Shown here: piece by piece, positions 46,304 to 58,560 of the stretch
Numbering within the stretch: the stretch's first letter is position 1
How the letters are laid out: each line of letters opens with the position of its first letter
Origin: Craspedostauros australis
Lineage: Eukaryota
Assembly (NCBI GenBank): GCA_030167865.1
Contig: JALAGF010004276.1
Span: forward strand, 1-64,000
Length of the DNA: 64,000 bases
Direction of reading: 5' to 3'
The notes under the pieces: model-generated
Told to the model about the DNA's origin: nothing
Database searches by the model: none
The model's input: only the letters and a program-made list of their open reading frames with translations
Program-made: the position numbers and the translations under genes

Positions 46304-48100
46304 ATGTCCTCTGCAGAACGTATGAGTCTCCCAATTCGGCCAGTCAAAGAGAAAGACTTGATCTCCGCTGCCGAAAACGGCGATTTGGATGTCATCGAAA
46401 CATGGAACACGTGGTACCGAACGGAGCTGGTCGATACGATCAAGGATGAGAATGGCGATAATCTCCTGATGAGTGCTTGCTGGTACGGCCACATGGATAT
46501 CGTGGAATACCTTGTGATATCATGCAAAGCAGACGTCAACGGGCGCAACGAGGATGGCGATACGCCTCTTCACTTTGCCTGCTGGAACGGACATCTCCCC
46601 ATTGTCCAGTTCTTGGTCGCAGTGTGTGGCATGGATGTCAACGTCCGAGATGGCCAAGGCTGCACGCCTCTCCACGACGCAAGCGGTTGCTGGCACAGTC
46701 ACATTGTTGAGTTTTTGAGCGACGAGCATCACGCAGACGTCACACTCCAGAATGACAACGGCGACACTGCGTTGCTCTTGGCATGCTTCAGCGGTGATCC
46801 AGTCATCGTCGATCGCCTGAGTTCTCGATGTGCAAAAACTATTGGTCTCCCAAACAAGGATGGAACCACGCCGATGCACTACGCTTGTTCGCAAGGTTGG
46901 TTGGACGTTGTGAAGCTGTTGGTAGAAACTCACAAGGCTGCCGTCAACGTCCAAGACAATGAAGGCAACACCCCTCTGCATGACGCGTGCCGATGGTGCC
47001 GTGAAGATGTCGCCACGTATCTAGTCCACTCGTGCAAGGCGTGCACAACCACCAAGAACTCACAAGGTCAAACCCCGTTGGAGTACGCCGAAGAAATGGA
47101 TCGTGCCATTATCATTCAGCACAGATGCCTCCCCGTTCCACTTGTTCCACCCAAAGAACAAGTGCGGGACACCCACGTTGTAGATACATTTTCGACAACT
47201 AAAGCAGCGCATCCCTTGGGGAACATCAACCAGGATAGACTTCAGGCTCTTGAAAATGACAGCTTCGCCGATCTTGTCTTCCTCGTCGGAGAACCTGAGG
47301 AACAACAGGCCATCAAAGCAAACCGTTTCATGCTGCTCGCCGCTGTTCCATCCATCCCCGCCATGATCGATGCTGGCACCCGCATCCAGCGTCAAGATCA
47401 AACCGCACCCAACAGCACAAACAATGGCAGCGAAGATTCTGATATTTCTTTCGTTAGCTGTCTTGGTGCCAACAGCAGCAACACGTCCACGAACACTATC
47501 AATCTCACCACCATCCTCCTCCCTGACCTCCATCCAACACATGTCAGATACATTATTCGATACATCTACTCTGGCGACGTCACCTTCCTCAACGGTGATG
47601 ACATGTCAAAGGCGGACGATCTCCGAGACATGATCAAAACGGCCAACCGATTCGGATGCTGGAAGCTCAAGCTCATCATCGAGGCACAGCTCATCAATAA
47701 GCATCTCACGGGATCTTCAATGATCGATCTGTTGCTGCTGGCACGTGAGCACGAGTGTGTGATGCTCAAGGATGCTGGCATCCGGATGGCTGCCAAGAAT
47801 GTGGATGAGTTGTTCGGTCATCCGGAGTGCGGCCGGTTGATCGCATGCACTGAGCTGATGACTGAAGTCCATGTGATGCGCAAGGGTGACGTTCCAAGTG
47901 ATGGGACTGTGAATGACGAGTTTTCGAAGATGTCGGTGATGGAGTTGTACGAGTCCTTGGATGGGAAGGATAATGTGAAGGTGGAGGCGTACATGGATCG
48001 CCCATCATTGCTGGAGCTGGTGCGCTCCGCGGCCGCAGAAACGCCGGCAGAAACACCCGCAGATACACCGACAGAGATGGACACAGAGGAAAGCAAATGA
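46304..48100 (+). CDS. Ankyrin-repeat + BTB/POZ protein (tandem paralog B)
   Basis: About 7 ankyrin repeats (GDTPLHFAC, GCTPLHDAS, GTTPMHYAC, GNTPLHDAC), then the same BTB/BACK region as paralog A. Confidence 0.9.
   Translation: MSSAERMSLPIRPVKEKDLISAAENGDLDVIETWNTWYRTELVDTIKDENGDNLLMSACWYGHMDIVEYLVISCKADVNGRNEDGDTPLHFACWNGHLPIVQFLVAVCGMDVNVRDGQGCTPLHDASGCWHSHIVEFLSDEHHADVTLQNDNGDTALLLACFSGDPVIVDRLSSRCAKTIGLPNKDGTTPMHYACSQGWLDVVKLLVETHKAAVNVQDNEGNTPLHDACRWCREDVATYLVHSCKACTTTKNSQGQTPLEYAEEMDRAIIIQHRCLPVPLVPPKEQVRDTHVVDTFSTTKAAHPLGNINQDRLQALENDSFADLVFLVGEPEEQQAIKANRFMLLAAVPSIPAMIDAGTRIQRQDQTAPNSTNNGSEDSDISFVSCLGANSSNTSTNTINLTTILLPDLHPTHVRYIIRYIYSGDVTFLNGDDMSKADDLRDMIKTANRFGCWKLKLIIEAQLINKHLTGSSMIDLLLLAREHECVMLKDAGIRMAAKNVDELFGHPECGRLIACTELMTEVHVMRKGDVPSDGTVNDEFSKMSVMELYESLDGKDNVKVEAYMDRPSLLELVRSAAAETPAETPADTPTEMDTEESK
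47508..48034 (+). repeat. Near-identical duplicated segment, copy 2
   Basis: Matches 44985-45511. Confidence 0.95.
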
Positions 48101-48655
48101 CATGAAGGAACACGCCTGGCAACGATACTGTCCCACCATCAATCGGCATGGCCCTCCATCATCCTCCACCGCCCTTGCATACGAGTAGATTACAAACGTA
48201 GTCTGCACTCACATGTTCAAATCTGTTTTCTTCCTTGTCCATTCGATTGGCCGCCACCGCAAGGACCGGTTGGGCAAGTACTCTGTGAGGAGATCCTGGT
48301 CTAGACTTTGTTCTCATCTATCTCTAGTTTCCTTTCGTGGAGTGGCCGTCGTGGTGTAGAAGTCGACCACTTCGACCAAACCTATTCACGAATGACACCA
48401 ATCGCACAACCGCTTCTCTGCCCACTCATTTTCTCGCCGATCTGCAGCCAACCAAACCGCCAGTCATCACCACCAACATGACCACCACCATCGTGGCCAT
48501 CATCATCACCATCCTTGCGAGCATACTCGGAGTCCACAATCGAGATCTCTGTGATACGTACTCACATTCATACTCATATTCATACTCATACTTGCACGCA
48601 GACGCAGGCCCCTCCACCTCTCCCGATTTCTCCCCCACCGACTTGCGATTCCAAG

Positions 48656-50713
48656 ATGGGAAGCGGCATGCAATCATACCACAAGAAGCAGCAGAAGAAG
48701 CAGCAGCAAAAGAACAAGGAGCAGCGCATCAAGGAGCGCGATCAGAGGGTCGTGGAGACGAAGACCGTCGAAGGCGTCAAGGATGAGATCAGCGAGCTCA
48801 AGAAGCGCCTCGGCATCCTGAACAAGGACAAAGATGCCGATGGCGAAGATGGCGACAAGAAGGCCTCCATCACCAACCATGGCGATCGTCAGAAGCTGGA
48901 ACGCCTCGAGAAGGAGCTGAAGCTGGTGCAGCAGGAGCAGGAGCGCAAGAAGGAGGAGGAGAAGAATCAGTACGCCAAGTCCCATCCGTACTTCCAGCAG
49001 CATGTGGAGAAGATGAAGAACCAGCGCTTGACGGAACTGGACGACCCCCGAAAGTCCGTGTACTACGACAAGATCATGAATCCCTATGGAGCCCCGCCAC
49101 CCGGCAAGCCGAAGCTGTACCATCAACGTGGTGGAGGTGTCACCATGAATATTCGGTATGCCATTGTTCCTGGTGAGCCGGAGCCGCCCATGGTCCATTC
49201 GCGTCCGCCGCCTCCGCCTCCGCCACCACGGCATCAGAACAGGAACAATTGGAACCAGCAGCAGCAACAACATCAGCAACGACATGGCCATCATCCAAAC
49301 CAGAGGCATGATCGTCCTCGGGATGACAACAACCGATCGGACCGCAACAGGCAGGAGAACAGGACTCCGCAACACCAGCAGCGGCAACAACAGGAACAGC
49401 CAAAGCCGAACCAGAGAGCACAGGAGGACCGCAACAAGCGGGAGACGCAGCCAGCATCGCGAGCGGCAAAGCCCAAGGAAGCCGAGAAGCCGCTGGTCGT
49501 GCCATCCCTGCCAGCCCCGTCGGAGTCTGTCAAACGTGTAGGCCGCAACCGAGGACGTCGTGGATTGGCGGCCGATATCTGGGCTTCAACCGAAGAAGTC
49601 ACGTACGAGAAACGCGCCAACAACGTCGATTTGGAAATGGAAGGCACCGAGACGGAGACGAAAAAACCAAAGAAAAAGAAATCGGAGAAACGCAAGCGCG
49701 CACCGAAACCAAAGCTGGCCTACTTTTACCTCGATCGTTCGCAGCAGGAGCAGGGACCGTTCGATCGTTCGCAGATGCAAGGTTGGATGGGTGCCGGATT
49801 CTTTCCGGATGACACCCTCGTCAAGACGACGCGCGACCCGACCTACAAGCCCATTCAGAGCATCCAGTCGTTGACGCAGACGATTCACACTGGTCCCAAG
49901 CCGAAGGATACGGGCGACATGTCGGTGGCCGATCGCATTGCGGCACTGAAGGGTGGCGCGCCACCGCGAGAACAGTCCGTTGCGGATCGTATCGCGGCAT
50001 TGCGAGGCGATGCACCGACCGCACAAGATGATGTGGCAGACCGCATTGCGGCGTTACGAGGGGAGAAGCCAGCCGCCGAGGAGTCAGAACTTCCATTGCC
50101 GCCCATGCCGCAGACATCGATGGGAGATGATCAGGAGATCGGTCCTGCGCCTCCGTCGGCGTACGGTGCGGATGATGACATGCCGGCGGCTTATCCTGTC
50201 GCGGATACGATGCCGCCGCCACCACCACCTGCTCCCAGCGCTGCTGCAGAGGACGGAGATGTGGGAGATGCCTACGGTTATCCGACGGATGAAGCGATGA
50301 CGTACCCAGTGGATGACGCATATCCGGTGGACGACGCGTATCCAGCGACGGATGCATACCCGGTAGATGACACTTATCCAGCCACAGATGCCTATCCGGC
50401 AACGGAGGCCTATCCCGCCACAGACGAATACCCCGCCACTGATGCGTATCCCGCAACAGACGTCTATCCGGATGCTCAAGATGGGTATCCAACCAACGAT
50501 GACGATGTCGCGAATGGGGCTGGAGAAGTGGAGCATCACGAGCCACAAAAGAAAAAGATCAAGGTGGACAAGGACCTGGTGGCATTCCTGCCAACGCATT
50601 TGCGCAGCAAAAAGAAGAAGCGCAACCCCGTGCCACGGCCCCAGAAACGCGCGCCGAAGCCAAAGCAAGAGAAGGAGGTGGACAAGTTCCTTGCGGACAT
50701 TGATAATCTGTAG
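48656..50713 (+). CDS. WBP11-like splicing factor with a GYF domain and tandem peptide repeats
   Basis: Basic coiled-coil N-terminus, SVYYDKIMNPYGAPPPGKP, polyproline and C-terminal VDKFLADI resemble WBP11. YFYLD...QGPF...MQGWMGAGFF is a GYF domain. Confidence 0.72.
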   Translation: MGSGMQSYHKKQQKKQQQKNKEQRIKERDQRVVETKTVEGVKDEISELKKRLGILNKDKDADGEDGDKKASITNHGDRQKLERLEKELKLVQQEQERKKEEEKNQYAKSHPYFQQHVEKMKNQRLTELDDPRKSVYYDKIMNPYGAPPPGKPKLYHQRGGGVTMNIRYAIVPGEPEPPMVHSRPPPPPPPPRHQNRNNWNQQQQQHQQRHGHHPNQRHDRPRDDNNRSDRNRQENRTPQHQQRQQQEQPKPNQRAQEDRNKRETQPASRAAKPKEAEKPLVVPSLPAPSESVKRVGRNRGRRGLAADIWASTEEVTYEKRANNVDLEMEGTETETKKPKKKKSEKRKRAPKPKLAYFYLDRSQQEQGPFDRSQMQGWMGAGFFPDDTLVKTTRDPTYKPIQSIQSLTQTIHTGPKPKDTGDMSVADRIAALKGGAPPREQSVADRIAALRGDAPTAQDDVADRIAALRGEKPAAEESELPLPPMPQTSMGDDQEIGPAPPSAYGADDDMPAAYPVADTMPPPPPPAPSAAAEDGDVGDAYGYPTDEAMTYPVDDAYPVDDAYPATDAYPVDDTYPATDAYPATEAYPATDEYPATDAYPATDVYPDAQDGYPTNDDDVANGAGEVEHHEPQKKKIKVDKDLVAFLPTHLRSKKKKRNPVPRPQKRAPKPKQEKEVDKFLADIDNL
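50303..50482 (+). repeat. Coding minisatellite: 18-bp units encoding YP(A/V)(T/D)(D/E)x, about 9-10 copies
   Basis: YPVDDA YPVDDA YPATDA YPVDDT YPATDA YPATEA YPATDE YPATDA YPATDV YPD. Confidence 0.9.
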
Positions 50714-52010
50714 ACACCACTAGCAACATTTTCGCTATCCATTTGGTATAGAATAATAAAAACAACCCATGGATTCCATTTCATTCATATTATATTATAT
50801 AATGAATTCTATAATATTTTATACAACGGTATGGCATGCAATACAATACAATGATGCATGATGCCTGGATCCACAACACTGGAAACTAAGGCGGTATTCG
50901 TCAATGCGTTGAGGAGGAGAGTGTAGATCGCAGATCATGGCTCGCAGAGTACGAGCTAGTCTTTCCGTTTCGTTTGGAGAATCGGCGGCAGGATCGCGAT
51001 TGTGCACATGATTCAATCGAGGTGCTGCGGACAACAACAACTCAAGGCGCCTCTCAGTAATCGCTGGTACGTGTGTCGAAGAGGGGCTCGCGGTGAATTG
51101 AAAAACAAACATATTCTATCATTTTCATCATAAAAACACGTTCAATACGCATTTCGTCTTTGTTTATTCCTTTCAACTGTGCACCAAACGACCAACTCGA
51201 TTAATCTCCAACGACAACACACAATTTTTTGAATCGGCTGTTTGTGAGGCGGTTGGCGAACAAGAGGCACGAAGTAGTGTCGTGTGTGTTCACAACGAGG
51301 TTAGGTGTCTCCTCGGCAACACAAACCTGCATTGCGAAAAGCCACAACAACCTGCCTTGTGCGCATTGCTGGATCCACGATCGATTGCACCCTCCAGGAG
51401 CGACGACTACTGCCACGATCACACAGCCCCTTTCACAAGCTCGTCATCTCCCTTGACTACATTGCGCTGCGCTGTACTCGGAGAACTCTACTTGGGTCCA
51501 TCGGTGGAAGAGAGTGCAACCACCAACAGGTCCCGTCGCCATCTCGACCGTGAGTCGTCTCCAACCGCGCAAATCCAACAACACTTCCATCCGTCGATTG
51601 ACGTGGTCCTCCTGGAGCACGTTGGTCGCCCTTGTTCACATCCAAGCCTTCAGCTGAGGATACGACAAGACAAAGGTGCTGCTTCGGTCGCAGCGAGGCC
51701 CGCATCAACTGAGCATCAAGGCCATCTCCGTCATCGAAGAAAATCATTTGTTTCGCAGCCAACGGTCCATCCCCATCCAAGAAGGCTATCCGTAGGGAGG
51801 CTAGAACTCAACTACTTTCCAATTCGGGCAGATCAACCAAAGTATATTCCTCCATTCATTACTTGGCAGCCCTGATCGACCACTGGAAACTCATCGACGC
51901 CATCGGTATCGTTGCGAGAATCAGAGACCAAACATCCTTAACGAGGACATCGCATCCGTACCAAACATACGCACTGTGAGTCTGATCGACCCGCAGCCTC
52001 GGAAGCGATC

Positions 52011-55000
52011 ATGAATCCAAATGGCATTGGTGGAAACCCAGTCGGGGGGAGCTCGAATTATCCACGCACACCTGTGCCTCAAGGAAACCAGCAGCAACTC
52101 CACCAGCAACAACTCCACCAGCAGCCACAACTACAACAGCCACACTTTCAACAACCACACTTTCAACAGCAACTCCACGTGCAAGCACAACGGCAAGTGC
52201 AACTCCAAGGAAGTCCGCCCCTCCAAGTCAATCAGAACACCTTCATTCGCCATCACCAGCAGGCCGTGCAGGCTTCGCCTCCTCTGATCCAGGTGCAGGC
52301 GCAGCCAGCGGTGCATCACGTTCGGCCGCACCCACCGCCTGTGCGTCAGGTTCAACTCCCAGCACCGACACAGTACGTCGCACAAGTGCCCGCCCAGGTT
52401 GGACAGACTGCTGGGGTGAAACGAGGATTGCAACCGACTGTGATCGCCCAACACACGGCAGCACCATCGCAGAAGAAGCTCAAGCCAGTTCCGATCGCAC
52501 CAAAACTCATCAAACCACCGCCGCAGGCGCAGCCACTGCCTGAACAACAGACTATCGCGCAAGTACCAGCTCCAGCACACACACTGCCTGCCGTCCCCAC
52601 GCACACCAAACATGCAGCATTAGTTCTACCAACCAATGCTTCACCGGGAGTCGTGTTTGCTGCGCCGGCTGCTGCTGCCGCTGCTGCTGCTATTCTCAAT
52701 GCGGCTGGGGCTACTACTGAGACTCCTGCTGTTCCTGTTGGGAAAAAGATCATCGTCCCAGCCAAACCCGTCAAACCCTCAGATCCAGACGGGCCCGATG
52801 AAATCGTCAGCAAGCACCTCAAGCTGCAGCCACCGCCATCCCTTGCGGCCAAAATTCCATCCCTCAACCCCAACGACATCAAGACATTGGAGACCTGCCT
52901 CGACATCGGACGCACGGAGAAATGGCGCGACGATTGGATCGGAAACCTTGCATTCTTGGACCAGGACGTGACGAACCCAGACATCAAGACCAACACTGGG
53001 CCCAAGAGACCGCTTCTCCGCTGGGCGCAGAACACGCGCTCGGGGCTCAAGCTGGTCAACTACCTCATCCGTCACGTGTACCATCTCCCAGAGACACCCC
53101 AGCAGGCGCGGCATATCCTGGCCAACGCAGATCGCAAATCCATCGACGCCATCCAGAACGCAGTACGGCGCGTTTCATACGACCCCATCGTCCTGCGACA
53201 AGATGGCTGGACCACGCAAAAGACCCTAGGTCCAATCGGATCGTCGGGAGGGCCCTATCGCATCGGTGAGCGCGTGTTTTGGCAGAACTACGAAGGTGTC
53301 GTCATTGCTTACATCCACGACCACGATCTGGGAGATCTGTGGAAGGCCATGTGGTTTGATGAATTTGACACCTTCGACCTGGAGGCAGAGGAGCTGGAAG
53401 ATGCCCGCCGGAGATACCTGAAACGCATCGCCCCGGCAGCGCAGAAGCGTGCGTCGGGGAAGGAAGGGAAACGGTCGGCGGCCACAAGCCCCGTGCCACC
53501 GGATGGACGCAGTCGATCGGCACGATACGCCGCAGCAGCCGACTTCACAGTCAAGGGCATCGAGCATGGAATCGTGATGGCTGTCTCGTACGCAAGAGGC
53601 GCTCGACCTGGCGTCTTCTGGCCCGCACGGATCATGCACGCATCCGAAATGACCTCGCCCCTCAGCAAGCGAGGGACGCAGCGACAGAAAGTCGACGTCA
53701 TCTTCCTCGCGCCGTACTGGAACGGAGCTCACGTCATGTCAGGCAGCAAACGGACCGTTGGGTCGTATCACGACAGCCTCACCAGAACTGGTGGTTCTAT
53801 CTTCGACATGGGGCCATTGTTCGCGATGGAGAGCATCGATGTTGGCAATGAGACTCTTCAGGAATACCCCTACGACGGAAGCCGTGGCCTTGACATCGAC
53901 CAACTACGGGTTGCGTTCAAGTTCGTCGGCCTGCCAAGCGCTGCGTTCTCTCGCTATGTCGATGCGCATCGTCTGGCTGTGTCCCTGAAGGAGTACGCGC
54001 GAAGTCGACTGTCATCCGACAACGACAAAACAACTGCCGGTCTGTTTGAGGTGCACCCCATGTCCGTCCAGACGGCATTGTTCCCAGCAGCAGCGCTTCA
54101 ATTGCCGTTTGAACATATTCTGTCTCAAATGCCAACCACCCCTGGTGCGAACGTGTCGGTATTGGTGGCAGACGGTCACACCACGCTCGAACCATCCATC
54201 CATCTGGGCCGCATCTTGGATTCCATGAAGCCGCTGGCGGATGGAGACGAGGCAGACGCAGGTGCGACAGGCAAGTCCAATGCAACTGCAGCAGCAGTGA
54301 GTGCTGTTCACAGAGCACGCTCGGTTCCTGCACCCAATCCTTTGCAACTTGCGGTGCAGAAGCGAACTGAGCCGATCCAGCTGGATGAATTCATTCACGA
54401 CTTGCCGTACATCAAACAGGTGATCAAGACGGAATCCAGTCTCTGCAACATCCTCAAGACGTGCATGGAGTTCTTGCTCGAAATTGTGCCAGTCGACAAG
54501 GCAGCCGTCCAGTCGATGGATGCCCCGACAAAGCGCCTCAAAGCACAGCAGTTCCTCAAGTCCTGGTCCTTTGCAAAGGTGAGTGCGAGTTCGTCCTTGT
54601 TCCGACGTGCTTTGCATTGGCATATTGATGATGACGGTGGGATTTGTGAGAGCCATGTGATCACTTGTCGATGCACTGTGTTGGACGAATTGCACTCTTG
54701 TATGGTGGTTTTGGAAAGCTCACTGTTGCCTACTGCATTTCTGTCTGGTCATCTTGTTCGTTCATCTTCTGCTGAAAATGATGCGTCCTCTGCTGGTCTT
54801 TCACCGATCATGACACATCGCAGTCACAAGGCGAAGATGCTGCGGGATCCCTTCTGTCTCCAGGCGGAGACGTCATGTATAGGTTGGAGTGGAGAAAAGC
54901 CTGCGAACGTATATACAAGTATTTCATCGGCCGCATGTCGAGCACTGGGTACGGCAATGGTGTCTCGTTCGTCATCACCGACTCTCTGTGCAACCAACAT

Positions 55001-56571
55001 CTCACGTCGGCTGGATGCTTCGAGCGCGCGGTTCGCATTCCGGCCGCCATGAAAGCAGCGAAGACGGTGGGTGCCGGCAACAAGCCAGGCCTGCGACTTC
55101 TGACATCAGTGGACAAGTCTTACCTGGAACTAGCAGAGAAAGAGATCATCATCAAGGCCCACAGCAGATCCTACATCAAGCGCATGAAGAATCGATGCAT
55201 GGCTATTGCGCCAAACCAGGATATCGCCGCTCTCACGGAAGACAGCGACGGCAATGGCGGCGAAGACACAAGTGAGTCACAGTGTTGGAATCGTGATTGA
55301 GCGGTGCGGTGGTTGTTGCTGTAGCTGTTTTGGTTGGTGCTGTCGCAATTGTGGTTGTTGCAACACTGTTTCCTTGCATACCACAGACTTGACTTGTTCA
55401 CTCACTTTGTTTCGACATGGCTAACCGATGAACATCATCCTTTTCGCTTGGTAACTGGCGCAACCATTGCACAACGGTTGATATAGAGGGTTCTCGGGGA
55501 ACATGGATGGCAGCCATCGCGGCAGTTGGTGCGGCGATTCAAGGAGTTGACATGATCATGCGAGGGGAATGCGTGAACGGATTCTGCATTACCCGTCCTC
55601 CGGGCCATCATGCTGGTCGTGAGCTGCACCCGATGAACGCCGTGTCCAATGGATTCTGTGTCCTGAATACGGTCGCCTGCGCCGCCCTGTACGCAGCATC
55701 GGCCGTGTCGGACAACGGGATCGGTCTGCGACGTGTTTGTGTGATCGACATCGACGTGCACCACGGCAACGGAACGCAAGATATCTTGGGTTCAACGTAC
55801 GATCCACGGTTTCTGTACGTCTCCGTGCATTCTGGCGGTCCTCAGGTCAACGGCGTCGACCCTGGAGATGATGGGGATATGCCATCGCATCATCTCGGCC
55901 GCCAGGGATCCAAGGGAATCTACCCTGGCAGATGCGGCGACACGTCTCCGCATCCCGGAGTGTTGAACATCCCTCTTGGTCCCAAGGTGACCCCGCATGC
56001 GTTGGGAACGGCGTTGATCACCAAGATGAAGCCCACCGTTGAGAAGTTCGCACCGGAGCTCATCATTGTATCGGCTGGTTTCGATGCGCACAAGAATGAC
56101 CCGCTGGGGCTCGGTGGTCTGGCCGCGAAGGATTTCGCGACGCTGACGGAAGTCATCTGCCAGGTTGCTCTCAGGATCTGCGGTGGACGTGTGCTGAGCG
56201 TGTTGGAGGGCGGATACGGAGTCCCGTGCTGCAGACCACCAGAGACTCAATTCCTGCCAGACAACCTGAAGCCGTCCGCCGGAGGTGGCGGCATGGGTAC
56301 GTCATCACAAACTGCTGCAGCAGCTGGGACGAGCGGAAAGGCAACTGCAAATGGAAGCTCAGGCGCATCAAGTGCACAGACGGTGCAGCAGGTGATGCAG
56401 CAATTGAAGCCGATCCAGTTGCTTGATCTGGGAGACGAATTGCCGGCGAACATGCCGGATCCAGTGACGTACAATCTGGGGAAACGGCTGGAGAAGTGCC
56501 ATGCAGAGGGGTTCATGCATTGCGTCCAGGAGCATGTGCAGACACTGGGCAAGTGCAATACGCTGTCGTAA
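52011..56571 (+). CDS. Class II-like histone deacetylase with long N-terminal region (Tudor-like and PWWP-like domains); 3 exons (52011-54578, 54824-55271, 55487-56571)
   Basis: ERAVRI, RPPGHHA, NGFC, DIDVHHGNGTQ, SAGFDAH and LEGGY. The GT-AG junctions join three ORFs in frame. N-terminal VFWPARI. Confidence 0.88.
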
Positions 56572-56774
56572 CTCAGTGCGTGCACGTGAGTATGAGGAAG
56601 AGCGTGATTGTGTTGGGAGGAGTACAACTGTACCAGTACGATAGTAATAGCAAATAAAATATTTGCGCATTGGATGCTCTCCTCGTGCATTGACGCTGGT
56701 GTTTGTTTTTGCATGGTGTGTCTTAGCAGCAGTTACATCAATGGTGCGAATCCTACTTGAGTTGTTGTCATGAT

Positions 56775-57791
56775 TCATTGCCCGCTACTCCTGACGATGT
56801 TCTGGACTTCTTTTGGCAGCTCGGACAGGCAGTGGATAGTCGATGTGATGTACTTTTGCGCATGTCTCCTTTTCTCATCACGCTCCGCAATTTCCTCCGG
56901 TGTCGCCGTGGACCAGGAGTAGCCGGTGTTCTGCGCCGCCTCTTCCTTCCCGGCCATCCAAATGGCCTTCGCACCACACTTGGCGCTGGCCGCCACATCA
57001 TTGACCAAACAATCCCCAACATGAATCCAGCACAAATCATCCTGATCGTCGTCACCACCGCATGCCCGCAACGCCCGTTCAAAGATGTACGCATCCGGTT
57101 TGCGCCGCGGTCCGGCATGCGTGCCATCTAGATCGTAGTCATCTTCGCCGCTGATACAGGCATCAAAGTAGTCTGCGATCTTGGGCATCCGCAACGGCGT
57201 GCCGGCACCATTCGTGATGGCCAAAATGGTGGCATTGTGCTGCCGCAATGCCTGCAACATGGGAATGGCGGCATCGAAGACATGGTCGTTGGCGGCCTCG
57301 TTGCGCATGCGTTCCCATTGCGCGTAACATGCGGCGACGCGGTTCGTTTGATCGGGAGGTAGGATGGAACGGATGGTGCGTTCTCGCAAACCGCGGTAAG
57401 TAAGTTTGGTGGGCAAGATTTGGGTGCGGATCGTTTTGGTGCGTTGCAAGTATTCGGTCATTCCGAAGAGCGGGTCGTTGTTGTTGTTGTTGTTGGTATT
57501 GTCGAGCCATGTGGGAGCATGTTGATGCAACTCCTGAAGCAGGACGGCGTTGGCAGCTGCGACGACGGGTTGGATTGGGAAGAGCGTGTCATCCAGATCG
57601 AATGTGACGAGGAGCCTGGGTGATTGTGCTGACGATGATGCATCAGCTGTCATCTGCAGCAGCGTTGCTGGTCGGCATGGAGACGAGGCGCATGATGTGG
57701 CTGCCTTGGGAAGAGATGGCGTGAATGCCGATGACAAGGAACAGAGCATCATGAGCAGACACTGCGTTCGCGTGCGTGCGGTGGAGACCAT
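56775..57791 (-). CDS. HAD-superfamily hydrolase, probably plastid-targeted
   Basis: TFDLDDTL (motif I), AITNG (II), RKPD (III) and WIHVGDCLVNDV (IV). Presequence LSSA-FTPS. Confidence 0.9.
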   Translation of the reverse strand: MVSTARTRTQCLLMMLCSLSSAFTPSLPKAATSCASSPCRPATLLQMTADASSSAQSPRLLVTFDLDDTLFPIQPVVAAANAVLLQELHQHAPTWLDNTNNNNNNDPLFGMTEYLQRTKTIRTQILPTKLTYRGLRERTIRSILPPDQTNRVAACYAQWERMRNEAANDHVFDAAIPMLQALRQHNATILAITNGAGTPLRMPKIADYFDACISGEDDYDLDGTHAGPRRKPDAYIFERALRACGGDDDQDDLCWIHVGDCLVNDVAASAKCGAKAIWMAGKEEAAQNTGYSWSTATPEEIAERDEKRRHAQKYITSTIHCLSELPKEVQNIVRSSGQ

Positions 57792-58560
57792 GGTGGAGCA
57801 GGGTGCTCTACTCTGATGTGATGTGATGTGATGTGATGCGGTGTGGTGTGGTACGTGCTATGCTTTGTGGTACAAGGTTGAGGCCAGCGCTTGCTGCCCT
57901 TGGACTGTCACTCTTCCTTCGAGAATGGCATGGAGGATGCTTGCGTACCGTTGGCTCGTTCCAAGTGAGATGAACGAACAATCGCTGCCGTCTCCGCGTT
58001 GCTCTCCGCGTTGCTCTCCGCCTCGTCGGCATGTCGGTTGGAGTCAGGAAAATGACGAGAGACGTGAGAAAACGTCACGATGCACAGAAAGGGAAGGGAA
58101 TTTGGAATTTCATCTACACCAGCAGGGAACACGGCCATTGATGACGTCACGACGGCTCGGAGAATCGATCGAGGCAGCAAAATTCCTCCGGTTGTTGCGT
58201 TTTGTGGTCGTTTTGTTTCGTACTGGCTTTTGCGGTGGTTTTGTCGTGTGTGTTCGCCTTCGTGTGGACTCAACGGTCGTTGTGTGGGTACAGGTTTGAC
58301 ACAGAATTGCGACAGGCCAGCCAAGGACTGCCAAGAACAGTACAACAAGGAAAAATACCGCGGAAGATTGGTCGCCACAGACAGAGAGACCTCCCGCCAA
58401 TGGTCTTGTCAAACAACGAGAGGTGATAGCTGAGCGGGGAACAAGGATCCGCAGAGAGGGAATTGGTATCCATCCGTACTGTGACGAACACCTGCGGTGA
58501 ATGGCAAGGAGGACGATCTTGGGCACCGACGAACTGAGCGATTGATTGATTGAACAAGCG

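Noticed and set aside
50745-50830. AT-rich patch, considered as a centromere-like element
   Set aside because: Under 100 bp and directly after a stop codon; more consistent with a 3' end/poly(A) region.
51457-51780. 107-aa minus-strand ORF between the WBP11-like and HDAC genes
   Set aside because: No recognisable domain or support.
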